Source: the human T2T-CHM13v2.0 reference genome, Homo sapiens
Assembly (NCBI RefSeq): GCF_009914755.1
Contig: NC_060940.1
Direction: 5' to 3' (one strand)
Length of the DNA: 64,000 nt
A program made the translations under genes and the position numbers. Each line of letters starts with the position of its first letter. The stretch's first letter is position 1. Shown here in pieces: positions 1 to 13,336 of the stretch. Below the pieces are notes generated by a model. The model saw only the letters and a program-made list of their open reading frames with translations. It ran no database searches and was not told where the DNA came from.

Positions 1-119
1 GATTAATTCTATGATATTGTCCATAGGGACCCTCTTGGGTGTGTAAGACTCTTTGAGGATCTGACTAAAAAGGTGGGCACATTTTTGTGTCTGTTCTCTT
101 CCTCCCCATTGTTCCTATT

Positions 120-1080
120 TTATTTTTTGTGATTGAGGTGGCACTCACATACAGTGGGGTACACCGGTCACAGTGCAGTGCTCCGTGAAATTCTGTGCAT
201 GAATCCAACCCAACCACCGCCTGGATCCAGATAGTGAACATGGGCGGCCCCCAGCCAGCTCCCTCATGCCCCACGCGGTGTCCCCTTCCCTTGAGGTAAA
301 CTCTGTTCTGACTCCTTTCACCATAGAGTAGTTTTGCTTCTTCTCTGCCTAACTGGAAAACACAGAATGAACTCCTTTGTGTCTGGCGTCTGTGTCTTCT
401 GCTGAACATTATGTCTGGGAGATGCAGCTAACTTGTTGAGGGGTAGCACTCAGTTGATCTTGTATTGTCGTGTTGCTGTTGTAGCATTCCTTTGTATGAT
501 TATCGTCACAAGCTGTGAATCCAGTCACTTTTTAATGGATTATTGGGTTATATCCACCTTTGGCTATTATGAAAAATGCTGCTACTTTGTTGATTTTATT
601 ATTATTTTTAGAGATAGGGTCTCTCACTCTGTTTTCCAAGCTGGAGTGCAGTGGTGCAATCATAGCTCACTGCAGCCTTGAACTCCTGGGCTTGAGCCAT
701 CCTCCAGCCTTGGCCTCCCAAAGTGCTGGGATTATAGGCATGCGCCACCACACCTGGCCCAATGCTGCTGCTTTGAACACTCCTGGATCTGTTTTTTGAC
801 CGATGTAAATACTCACTTCAGCTGTGGATTTGGAGTTGCTGGGTTATATGTTTAATTCTAAGATATTTCCAACTCGTTTTCCAAAGTGGCTGTACCATTT
901 TACATCCCCATCAGTGATGCACGAGCAGTCTGCATCTTTACCAACAATGAGTGTGATGAGTCTTCTTTTTCATTTTAACCATTCTGGTGGGTGTGTGGTG
1001 GCTGTCTCATCGTGGCTTTAATTTCCTTAATGACTAATGACGTTGCACACCTTTTTATGTGCTTATCAGCCATTGGGACC
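120..1080 (-). mobile_element. Old L1M 3' fragment, interrupted by an Alu monomer
   Basis: Antisense L1 motifs ttccaaagtggctgtaccattttacatcccc and tttccttaatgactaatgacgttg. Confidence 0.75.
600..759 (-). mobile_element. Alu monomer (FLAM/FRAM-like)
   Basis: Single-arm Alu flanked by TSD aatgctgct(a/g)ctttg. Confidence 0.85.
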
Positions 1081-1374
1081 GTATTTCATTCCTAAATTCC
1101 TTTCTGCCATTGGGATATCTGATAGGTCAACTTGCCAGAATGATGTTTAAAGAATGAGCACCCATGCTCTGAGTTTGGGGAATACATTCCGGAACATCCA
1201 CATTGGCTTCTTCTGTTTACTTTCAAGTTCTTGGCTGTGTTTGATACCTGAGTTTGCAAAGATAAGTAACGTTCAGATGAGTGACATCTTATGAATTTTA
1301 AAAGATGCTAAATGAACTACTTAGCAGCAATTCAGCTTATATTCCTGCAGTCCACCTGGGGGGAAAGGAAACCA

Positions 1375-1615
1375 CATTTCTTGAGTACCTTCTTCATGTG
1401 CCACATACTGGTGCCACCAGTACCACTGGTACAGTGTACCAGGCACTTTGAATGGATCATCTTTAATCTTCATAAGGACTCTGTGAAGTGGAGATTATTA
1501 TACCTATAGCTCAAATGAGGAAATTGAGGCTGGGGGCAGAGGTGGGGTATCATCCAGCTTTTAAGTGGCAGAGCCAGGATTTGAATACTGCGTCTGCTTG
1601 ATGCCAAAGTGTACC
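1375..1615 (-). mobile_element. MIR
   Basis: aatgaggaaattgaggct...agtggcagagccaggatttgaa core. Confidence 0.7.
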
Positions 1616-2261
1616 CTTTTATTAGCAAGCACATTGAGGAGGAAACGTTATTTTCCTAGAAATTTGCTAATCAGAAACTTTTCCTAGCAAACATTTCATA
1701 ATTATTTCTGTGAATGGTCACCCCTACTAAGGCCACTCCACTTGTGGGTGGATCTCTTGTCACTGTCACCCCACCCTGGATCTGATGATCGGGGAGTTTC
1801 CCCTGCAGCTTCTGATTGGCCACTTGACACCATTTCTCATCCTTCCTGCCTTTCTCCCATCTTTGGGCTCTAATTGCAGCAATACTGTTTAGGTGTTGAT
1901 TACCCTGAGGGTCTTTTTCTTTTGTCTGGTATATTTTCTGGTGATTCTTTTAGAAAGTTTCCCCCAGTTGTATAGCAATACAGGTATACTGTAGAACATT
2001 CAGGAAAACAAAAATTCAGCAGTTTCCTTTCAATCATTACATCTATGTTCAGGTTTTTTTTTTTTTTATGTATTTGAGATGCTGGGTTATAACTTAGTTG
2101 AGCAATAGATGTAATTTTGGACGTAATGAATGTAATTTTCTACAGGGCAGTTACACTTAAGTGATGTATTATGAAAATCTCACCCAAGAATGAATGTGGA
2201 ATAGGAGTCACTTGTTCTAAAAAAATAAAAATTTTAAAAAGTAAACTTTTTTTTTTCTTTA

Positions 2262-2618
<357 letters not shown>

Positions 2619-3524
2619 TTAAATGAAGGAGCCCAGTTTATATCTGTTAGGCTTCCAGCTCTAACAGACAGAAGCCTCCATGCCCTCGTGCCATCCTTGT
2701 ACTCCTTGGAGACATGATTAACTTGGTATTGAACAATTTCAAATTTGCATAATGGAAATTTATAGGAAATGTGCTGCACCGTATTTTCCCACTGACATTT
2801 CTCCCTGTTTTTACACTTTGCCAAAACATCATGTTTTTATGGCTTCATTATATTACATCACATCAAGGTTATAGGTTGTCAGATACTTAATCATTCCCTG
2901 ACTTTTGGGCATTTAGGTTGTTCTCAAACTGTTTATGTGGTAGAGGATGCGGAAGTGAACACCTTTGTCTGCGTAACATCATTGTTGCTTCTTTAATCAC
3001 AGACATTTTTGCTGTCCTGGTGGGAGGCAGTTGTGAGATCTTGACCCTGTAGAGTTTTAAGAGCAGCAGCAGCCAGACAGCTCACAGCGTAACCTTGAGC
3101 AAGTTGCATGACCTGTCTCTGCTTCAGTCTCCCTACCTGTAAAACTGGGGAAAATAATAGCACTTAGCTCACTATGACTTCGTATGTGTCAAGGGCTTCA
3201 TAAGTACCATAGAAGTGTTTGCTTTTATTATTTACCTGGAATCCTAGAAATCGGGAGCTAATTGAGTAAAAGATGAACATTTTAAGGTTTCTCATAGATA
3301 TTGCTGATTTGGGAGCGTGAGCCAGTCTCCTCCTTGTAACCCCAGGCCCCAGCACGGTTGTGGTCCATAGCTGCGTGGCAGATGGTCATCTATTGAAGCA
3401 AGTTCTCCCCGCAGTATGTGAGCATCTCGTGGTTCGTACAATTTCCTGTTGATTTTTTCTGCCTCACCTTCTATACTGTGACCTCTTTGAGGGCAAAGAA
3501 TATGCCCTAAGCAAAATAATAGCT

Positions 3525-3822
3525 GGCTGGGTGCTGTGGCTCACACCTGTGACCCTATCATCTTGGGAGGCTGAGGCAGGAGGACTGCTTGAGCCCAGGA
3601 GTTAGAGACTAGGCTGGGCAACATAGCAAGACCCTATCTCAACCCAAAATAAAAATATATTAGCCAGGCATGGTGGTGCGTGTGTGTGGTCCCAGCTATT
3701 AATACTTAGGAGGCTGAAGTGGAAGGACCATTTGAGCCCAGGAGGTTGAGACTGCAGTGAGCCCTGATTTGCACCACTGCTTTCCAGCCTGGGTAACAGA
3801 GCGAGACCTGGTCTCAATAAAA
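3525..3822 (+). mobile_element. AluJ
   Basis: Dimeric Alu, TSD aataatagctg. Confidence 0.9.
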
Positions 3823-5361
3823 ACGCGAATAATAATAGCTGATATTTATCAAGTGCCTAACTCTGGGTCAGAACCAGTGCTGAGCACTTTGCATTTTGCA
3901 CAGCTTGCCTCTTTTGCTTCTCTCAGCGCCCTTAGGAGGCAGGTGCCATTCTCAACCCTGGCTCACAGTTGACTGAGGCCCTCAGGAAACAGGCACTGTT
4001 TCCCAAACTTGCCCAAATCTGCTCTCTTTCCCAAACTTGCCAGATCAAAACACCCACCCACAGCACTGAGGGGGAGGGGATACTGATTCCCAGGCCTCAC
4101 TCCTGGAGATTCTGTTTCTAAAGGTCTGGGGTGGGGCCCAGGAATCTATATTTTCACCCCAGGTCATCCTTTCATGCTGAGGCCCTGTCTGGACAACATT
4201 GTATGAGTGGCCGGATGACCCTGTGGTCCCCAAATTTCCTGTCTTGAGCTTTAGGCATTTTCTTTATCTGTCCTGTGCTGCTGGCTGGGAGGTTTTTCTC
4301 TGGGCTGTGAATTGAATTCTCAGTCCTGTCACTCACAGGAACAGGAGAGGATAAGGGCGACCACGAGGAGAAGATGTACTGAGTCTTATTAGTATGCAAG
4401 GCCCTTCTTGTCACATTGCCTTTAATTGAAGCTGAAGGGCTGGCGTATCTCTCTCTGGGATTTTCCACTCTCCCAGCCCTTCCGGAACTGGCTGGGCACC
4501 AGCCTGCTGAGAGGGACAAGGACAGCATAGGGGTGCCGAGGCATCTGTCTGTTGGTGTTGGAAGCCAACCACGATGATGTCTCCGAGCTAAGGTGGAAGC
4601 TGCATTCTACAGCATCCTGGCTTACTTCTTCTCTCCTGCCTCTCACCCCTGCTTCCCTCCCCTTTTCCTCCCTCCGCTGATCAAGTACCTACCTGTGCAA
4701 GGCTGTGTTCTGCTAAGACCAGGAGGAGGAAGACCACCAAGTCGAGATTTTATCTCTTGCTTAATTTTTAGCAAAGTAGTGCATCCCCAGAGGCAATGAC
4801 TTTGAACTTCAGCTGCTCCTCGGGGTGTTACTTCTGTATCTGGAACAGGTCTCTATGGTAATAAGATTTTCAATAGGATCTACTGATTTCCTGCCATGAT
4901 AGGTGAGGGTTAGCTTAGATTCCATCCCTCCCCTCCTCAAAACAGCTAAATCATTCTTTTCCATGCCTTTATTGGTTGGCTTTGTAATTTCAAGCAATAC
5001 ACGAACATACCTATTTCTTTTTACCTTTTGGGGGGTGAAATATGCGTACAACAGTGGCTATAAAACACATATAACAATAAATAAAAACATTTGTGGAGGA
5101 TCGCTTGAGCCTCCACAAGCCTCCAGAGGCTGCAGGGAGCTATGATCGCACCACTGCACTCCAGCCTGGGCAACAAAGCGAGACCTCTCTACAACATTTA
5201 ACAAACAAACAAACAAACAAACAAACAGAACACTGTCAACAGTTTTAAAGCTCTTCCCCCATGAAGCCACTTCTCTGACTATCATGATAGCTGTTCTCTT
5301 GCTTTTCTTTGGAGCTCTTTTCACGTTTGTATGCATCTCTCAGCATTTAGATTTGCTATAA

Positions 5362-5713
<352 letters not shown>

Positions 5714-6429
5714 TCCTTCAACATTTTTGAGCTAATCCAAGTTGATGCGTGTGGCTTCGGCTCACTCATGTTCAGTGTTGTATAATCACTGGTCAAGTAG
5801 ACCACAATTGGTTTATCCAGTCAACTGCTGATGGACATTTGGGTTGTGTCCAGGTTTTGCTATCACGAGCATCCTCCCAGTACACGTATGGAAGGGTTTC
5901 TGCAGTGGGATACGGGAGTGGAATCATTTGTATTCACTGTCAGACTCAGTTCCATTTGGTAACGCCAAGCAGTTTTCCAGTGTAGTTGTGCCTCCAGAGA
6001 TGGTGACCTAATTGTGTAGGGTGTTCAGAAATCCCCAGGTAATTCCACTGGGAGGCTCCACGTCACACCTTGATTTCCAGCCCGTCAACTCGAGATAACA
6101 CCTCTCGGTCCTCCCCCATGAACAAGGTCCCTAGCTCATTCCTTTCTGCTCTCCTCTGTCAAGATTTCTGAGTGATGATCTAAAGAGATACTAAGGGGCT
6201 TTTTCCCAAGCAAGGTCAACACGTAGGGAGTAGGCAACAAGGTTGTCAAGGTATGGACAGGAATTGGGTAAAATACCAGGACAACAGCTTGCAGGTGAAT
6301 TCTTCCTTCAGGCAGTTGAAGAAAACTAAAGAAAACCCAAGGGCTGGGGAATTCTCCCAGAAGCCAGTCCTTCCCTCCAGCTATTAATTGCCTCCAGCAT
6401 CTGTCTGTCTGCCAGCTATCTCTCTCTCT

Positions 6430-6719
<290 letters not shown>

Positions 6720-6849
6720 TGTCTGCCAACTCTCTCTCTAGCAGCTTAAACTGTGAGACTCACAGGCAGCCAGCATGATGTTAATAAGTTGAGGGGAATT
6801 CTAGACTCTTCAGGGTCCTACAGTCACGTTTCTTTAAAGGGATTCTAAG

Positions 6850-7330
6850 CCCCATCTGTGTCTCAACCCTGGCTGAACCTTAGCAACACACAGGAGCTTT
6901 ACCTAGCTACTGATGCCCAGGCCCCAGGGTAGTTACATCAGAATTGCTGGAGTGAAACCCAGGCACCAATAAATTTCAGAAGCTGACCATGTGATTCTTA
7001 CAAGCAGCCAGGGTAGAAAACCAGTAATCAGTGGTTCTCAAACTTTAACTAGCATCCATCAGAATCACCTGGAGGCCTTGTTAAACTGTAGATGGGTGGG
7101 CTCCACCCCCAGTGTCTGGTTCTCTCTGCCTGGAAAAGGGCCCTGAATTTGCATTTCTAACAATTTCCCCCTATTGCAAATGTCCCCAACTTGTCCCTAG
7201 AGACCCAGCCTGATCCATCAGAATCACCTGGAGGCCTTGTTAAAATGCAGATGGATGGGCTCCACCCCCAGTGTCTGGTTCTGTCTGCCTGGAAAAGGGC
7301 CCTGAATTTGCATTTCTAACAATTTCCCCC
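6850..7330. mobile_element. MER5-family hAT elements (the second is partly duplicated)
   Basis: TIR cagtggttctcaaactt, catcagaatcacctggag, gaatttgcatttctaac. Confidence 0.75.
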
Positions 7331-7371
7331 TATTGCAGATGTCCCCAATTTGTCCCTAGAGAGCCAGCCTG
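7054..7371 (+). repeat. ~159-bp direct tandem duplication, two copies
   Basis: atccatcagaatcacc...ccagcctg at 7054-7212 and 7213-7371 with few mismatches. Confidence 0.95.
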
Positions 7372-8101
7372 CAGGTCTGAAGTTATGCCTGATGCTGGCT
7401 GCACTAGTTGACCTGTGTACCTCCCTGGGGGGATCCAGGGCAGCCCCGCTCCATCTGACTGTGCGCACCTCTTCCCAACTCTGTTACGTTGTCAGGCTGC
7501 TGGCTTCCAATAGGCTATGGAAATGGCAAATGATACAACTCGGGACTCTCCCCCAATCCCTGGGGAGCTGTTAATCACAGCTAGTGGGACAGTCTTTAGG
7601 GAGGTGTGGCGCATCCTTGACTATGAAGAGTCAATGTCATCGTTAGTAGGGTCTAGAAGCACATAGGGTTTTCACTGTGGTTGCCCATAGAGCTTCCATA
7701 TAAATGGAATAAAAAAGGTATATACCTTGAAAAAATGTTTTAAAATGTCCTGTGACCACAGGCTCCAAGTATTAAAAATATTTTTTTCTGATTTGTGTTG
7801 CTAATACAATGATTAGTAGTACGCAAAACCAAATAAATACATGATACAATTTGATAGTTGTCAAACATAGAAAATAAGGAGACTCTGAGGGCCCTCATTT
7901 TGAACTGCCTTCTTGTTTGGCACCTGGGGAGTCTTTACACACTGGGCCAGGAATGACAGGAGGGTGGGAAGCTGATGATCTGGAAATTGATTTCCTTTGA
8001 ATGAACCATGACCAAGAACCCTTGCCCTCAGTTTGAAGACTGCAGGGCTGGTCTGTGTTGCTGAAGGCCCTCATCCCACCTCCATCAGAAAATAACCACA
8101 G

Positions 8102-8480
<379 letters not shown>

Positions 8481-9278
8481 TCACTTGAAACCTCAGCCCT
8501 ACATAGTAACAAGCTCAAACACCCTTTTTACCAGAACAATGCTCTCCACAAATCATCAGAACCTGTGGCCTGGCTCAAACCACCTTTCAAGACATTCACA
8601 TATGGGCAAGCAGCACTTGGACACTCCAGACAAAGATATATTAAAAGAGAGGGTCTTTCCAAAAGGATCCCTACTGCACCCACCAAGGGACTGGGTTTCC
8701 ATATTTAATTGGGGAGAGGCTTTTATCTGTTGGGATTAATTCCCCTTACACACAGAGCCATACCCTGTATGGAGCTAACTTTCCTGTTTGGCAGACACAG
8801 GAAATCACCGAGATCAGGTTCTTGGTCCAGACCATGACATAAGAGAAAAGATTTTCTTCAGACCTTTGCATTGCCCCCAGTGATACCCTGAGTTTTCCAT
8901 TTTGGGTGGCTGGAGAACAGGGTGTGTGGTGACAGATGGGGTTGAGCGGAGAGCCTGGAATCTGTCATCGTCTTTAGTAAAATTGCCTTCCTTCAGTACC
9001 CTGACCGGCAAAGCACACTTCTGACCTCTTTCTGAACTGAATTAAGAATGGCCATGAACAGTCCGGGAAGTGGTTTTGAACTTTCAGGTGCTGTCCTTAG
9101 AGCACAATGGGCCTGTGTTCTTCCCCGTGGATCCATGGGGCCGGAACCATGAATAGCAGGCGCACAGTGGGTTTTGGTGCAACTGACCTTGTCCACACAT
9201 CAGAGTTTCCGGTTTCCCAATGACAAGCCTGTCTACGTATGTAAATTGATCCTGACTTTCCCTTTCTTTTCTTTGCAG

Positions 9279-9340
9279 TGAAATGCAAAATGGAGGACGA
9301 TGCAGTACCTGCAGCCAAGATGAAAATTCCATCATCTTAA
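9279..9340 (+). CDS. IQCK: IQCK last coding exon ((V)KCKMEDDAVPAAKMKIPSS*)
   Basis: Branch-like cctgac, long pyrimidine tract and ctttgcAG|TG. The peptide matches the recalled IQCK C-terminus; TAA at 9338-9340. Upstream exons lie outside the window. Confidence 0.9.
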
Positions 9341-11260
9341 CCATAGCTAAGACGTATCTTTGCCCATTCGAGCACAAGTTACCTTGTGCAAGGAAAATGT
9401 CCAAATGATGCTCTCTCTCTTGTGATTTCTTTAACAAGACTTGGAACATGTGCAAATGGAATCTTTTCTGTACAAGATAGGATTCATTGCAAACAAGCTT
9501 TAATGCAAATAGTTTAGAAAAGAAAGGACCAGTCTTCACTTTCTGCATTATCCCCACATTTTATTCATTCATCCAGATTACTTCTTCAGTGCCTCAGGAG
9601 TATTCTTCTACACCAGCTGCTGTTAAAATGTACAATGAACTCTAGTCCCAAGGAATACAGAAGTGCTCTTATTACCAGTTTTCCCACTTGTGGCCGCCTT
9701 TGCAAAGATCCATATTCTAATTTAAGTCCCCAACCTCTGAATTTGGTTTTAAGTTTACCTAGTGACTGACTACTCTCTTTATAAAAAAGACCTTATACTT
9801 AATGATCATTTCCAAAGGAGACCACTCCTTAACTTTTACTGCAAACCCAACAAGATGAGACACTTAAACCCAGACAGATGTAACAAAGGATTTTTGTTGT
9901 CTAAGTCCCAAAGTATTATATAGAAAGTTCCTGCTTTTATGGGTAAACTTATTACCTTAATATGTTCTGTGGTTTGCTGTTAACCAAGATTCTCCCATTT
10001 AAAATGCCACAGACCGACCCTCAAGGCAGATCCGAAAGCCTAGTAGTTAGTTGCACTGGGTTGTTTTGACAAGCTACCACACGTCTTAAGTAAATAGTAA
10101 AGCCTTTATTTTTGTGTTAAGAACAGCATTTTGAAAATAAAACCTATCTGCCCATGCTTTACAGCCTTTTAAATTTGTAATATTTATATAGTCGTTTATG
10201 GTACATATTGATTGTCTTGAAATTTCTTTAACTTCTTTTTTATAAGTATGCAACAGTCAGCCGGGGGAAGATAAAGGTACATTATAAAACACACATTAAT
10301 GCATTTAATAAATATATATTATCTATCAAAAGTGAGCCTTAGCTCTTCATCAGTTAATAAAAAGCACCTGCTGAGAACTCCTGTAAGCTGGTATCATCAT
10401 TGCATCATTGGATTATAAAAGCCACAATGCTCCCTTTCAACTTGGGGTTTGGCCTGAGGCGTTCAACTCAGCCTTGGCCAACCGAGACCACCACCCGAGT
10501 TCACCCTTGTTCAGTGGGTCCTGACGGCATCTGGGCTAAAAAAAAAAAAAAAAAAAAGCACTGGGCGCCCAGCTTCCAACAACCAGATCTTCAACTCTGG
10601 AATCCCTGGAGATGCACAGAACTTCCCAGTTTGTAAGCTGTCAGAGCTGACTCCCTTCTCTTCCCACCCTCCACCTCCAGTGGGGAGAAATCCAGGCTAG
10701 AATGACAATTTTCTATTAAAAGGGGGGACAAGAGTGGCTGTTATAGACCCAAAGCGATTTTAATAACCAGACACGGAACAATTTGTGCTTACAATGAGAG
10801 ATTTTGATCACAGATGCTCTCCTCCCGGGTCGTTTTCCCCAAACGAGTCTTGTTTACACACGCAGATCTTAAACAGAGGTGCCATTTAATTTTGTCTTTA
10901 AACCTTGCTCCACGGGGGGCAGCTGGCTGCTACAGTCTCTTGGCAAAGATGTCTCTTGATACTTTTCAGGTGTAGTCATTAGAAAAAGAACAGCTCTCTC
11001 CCTTCTCCTCTCACTCCCGCCTCCGCCCCCATTATGAAGGCGTTCAGCCCACTCTCAACCTTAAAAGCCAAAATAAAACAAAACCCTAAGTGCGATAACA
11101 TATCAGATTTAAAAGGGGGGAAAAAGGTCTCATTAAATGAGGCTTCCCATGGCTCAAAGATGGCTCTGTTCTTATGCTGGGGAAGCACGACTTTCCATGG
11201 CAGCCATTTGTGCTGTGCTCACCTTATATGCTTGGACAATAAAGAACTTAGAAAACGAAC
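9341..11260 (+). other. IQCK: IQCK 3' UTR with several candidate poly(A) signals
   Basis: AATAAA at 10136, 10307, 10356, 11072 and 11238. Which are used cannot be read from the sequence. Confidence 0.6.
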
Positions 11261-11289
11261 GTGTGAATTGCTCCATCGTGTGAATGGTA

Positions 11290-11337
11290 TCAGAAAGCTC
11301 CAAAGGACTCCAGAGAGCGGGGGTGAGTAACCATTTC
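11290..11337 (-). CDS. GPRC5B: GPRC5B alternative distal last exon, coding part (EMVTHPRSLESFGAF*), 404-aa isoform
   Basis: Acceptor cattctcgtgccAG|GAA ATG GTT, phase 0 compatible with exon 3, TGA at 11292-11290. A brain-enriched C-terminal splice variant of Gprc5b is known in mouse; its identity with this exon is recalled, not verified. Confidence 0.7.
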   Translation of the reverse strand, partial: EMVTHPRSLESFGAF

Positions 11338-11764
11338 CTGGCACGAGAATGTGTAATGCTGTCGTTTTTTCACCGGACAGGACCGAGGTGTTTGAAGATT
11401 TCTTTCTTTTCAGAATACCGGGTCCGCATGCAACCGCCCCCACCCCCACCCCAGGTCCTAGCTTCATTCCCTCCCACCCCTCCCCAGGACTCTTACGTTT
11501 TCTGTCCACGCAATGACTGGAACGGGATTCTCTAGAAGCAAGCACATGCTCTGGGCAGAGGCGGGGTGCTTCCGGGGAGGTCAGGTGGGGGTGGCATTCT
11601 GGGGCCATGCGTTTTCTTCCCCATGCGTGGTAACACAAGGAAATGTACTAACTGTTAAGGAAAACTCGAAGGCGGGTCACACAGGGAGGGCCAGATTGGC
11701 CTTACTTTCCCCAGTGCTTTGCAAGGATGGGGTGGGGAGGGGAGACAGCAGAGACTAGGGCCTT

Positions 11765-13291
11765 GAGAAATATCAAAAGGTTTATTGAAACATACTCAGC
11801 TCAGACGTACTGGCTTATGAAGCGGTCAGTCCTCCCCCGGCCCCCAAACACTAACCTTTTTCATTTTTCTTTAAAGGTTAAAGGCTTATGGGTAGTTTTA
11901 TAGAAAAAGCAATGTAGTGATTAGAGTATCTGCAGAAGGACCCACCCTCATTTATACATTCCATGCCGTCAGGTTAAAACTCTGCTTTGAATCGATGCTA
12001 GAGGTTATGCTGGCCAAACAGTGCAGAGAACATGGGGGCTTTGAATGGCCGAGATGTTCGAAATGCTAAATAACAAAGGAATGACTTGCTCAGGACAGAT
12101 GGAAACCATGACAGAAACAATGGGCTTGGAAAAGGGCTGTTTTCATGGAACCTGCAGAAAAACCAAAACAAAATATCCCCCACACCCTCCAAAAGCAACA
12201 AGAAACCCTCATGTGATCCATTCCATCCAGGAATTTTCACCATAGCAACGGAAAGGACCCGAGGTGTCACTGCTTGTGAGGCAGCGAGAGGTCATCTCTG
12301 CATCCTAGTGGGAACCCCTGAAGCCCTGCTAGGTGACATCATCGCGGAAAACCTGCCGTGGTGCCTGCCTTCCAACCTGCCTCCCGGAGGGGCTTTCAGC
12401 TGGAGACCCCATTGGAGCTCTTGAAATGAATAAGGGAATAAAATTGGGAGAGGATTTGGAGATACACCCGTAAGTGTAGGAACAGGGCGAGATGATCAAG
12501 GGAAGAAGGGACTGCTGCCCCAAGCCAGAATATTTCTATGGCTCTACAAGGGAAGGGGCGGGGCCTGTGTTCTCACCATAGACACTAGAGCAAGAGCCCC
12601 ATAGAAGGAACAGTGGTTGATCACTTTCCAAATGTGATGGTCACTTCATCACCCAGAGGGCCTCTTCTTTGGCACATGCCAGGGTCCCTCCACCTCTACT
12701 GGCTATAAAGCTCACCCCACGATTCAGTTGGGCCTCACCTTGGAATCCCACCCACAACCTCCTTAACTCTCCTGACCCCCCTGAAATGTGCAAACCACCA
12801 GGCAAGCCGGTGGCAAAGTCCCCATTTGTCCTCAACGCAACGGTCATCTCCAAGAGGCTACCTGGGGTCCAGCACTTGCTGGGGAGAGGTGATAAGAGTG
12901 GGAGCCCCCCACCTCCAACCAACACCAGTCTGGCCCACCAGCTGTGAATTTGGTTCTGTTCTACCCCCAGAGGATGAAACAGTCTTCCCAGCCACATTTT
13001 CCAGTGAGCCTAATACTATTTGCAATTAGCTTTGCTTTAGTTTGCGGGGATTGAGGTTGGTCTGGTATTACGTGTCTGTGTGTGTGGCAGGGGAGGGGCG
13101 GGCAGTCGGTGTTAGCTTTTCAGTTCGTCAGTGTTCACATTTACACGAAATCCCCTTGGCTAGGATTTCCAAATTTCCTGGCTGTGAGGCGGCCTGGTTC
13201 GGCAACTGTTACCGATTTCTCCCTCAAGAAAGACACAGCCAGGGAGGCAAATCGGTAAGAGAAATTCTGATTCTCTGGAACTTAAAGTCTT
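11765..13291 (-). other. GPRC5B: GPRC5B proximal 3' UTR
   Basis: Repeat-free sequence between the stop codon and AATAAA at 11786-11781. The cleavage site is estimated. Confidence 0.8.
11781..11786 (-). terminator. GPRC5B: GPRC5B proximal polyadenylation signal AATAAA
   Basis: tttatt on the plus strand, ~1.5 kb after the stop codon, preceded by A/U-rich sequence. Confidence 0.8.
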
Positions 13292-13336
13292 TCACCAAAG
13301 GTGTCTTCCTGTGTGACTTGGCGGAGCAGTTGGGAT
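13292..13336 (-). CDS. GPRC5B: GPRC5B canonical last exon, coding part (IPTAPPSHTGRHLW*)
   Basis: Acceptor gttattccAG|ATC, TGA at 13294-13292. Total CDS 1212 nt = 403 aa plus stop, the known GPRC5B length. Confidence 0.98.
   Translation of the reverse strand: MPTAPPSHTGRHLW

Noticed and set aside
10538-10557. A20 tract as a retrocopy tail or true mRNA end
   Set aside because: No upstream element or convincing TSD. It may cause oligo-dT internal priming artefacts for IQCK.
11219-11638. 139-aa minus-strand ORF over the distal exon
   Set aside because: Different frame from the splice-compatible EMVTHPRSLESFGAF reading, and no other support.
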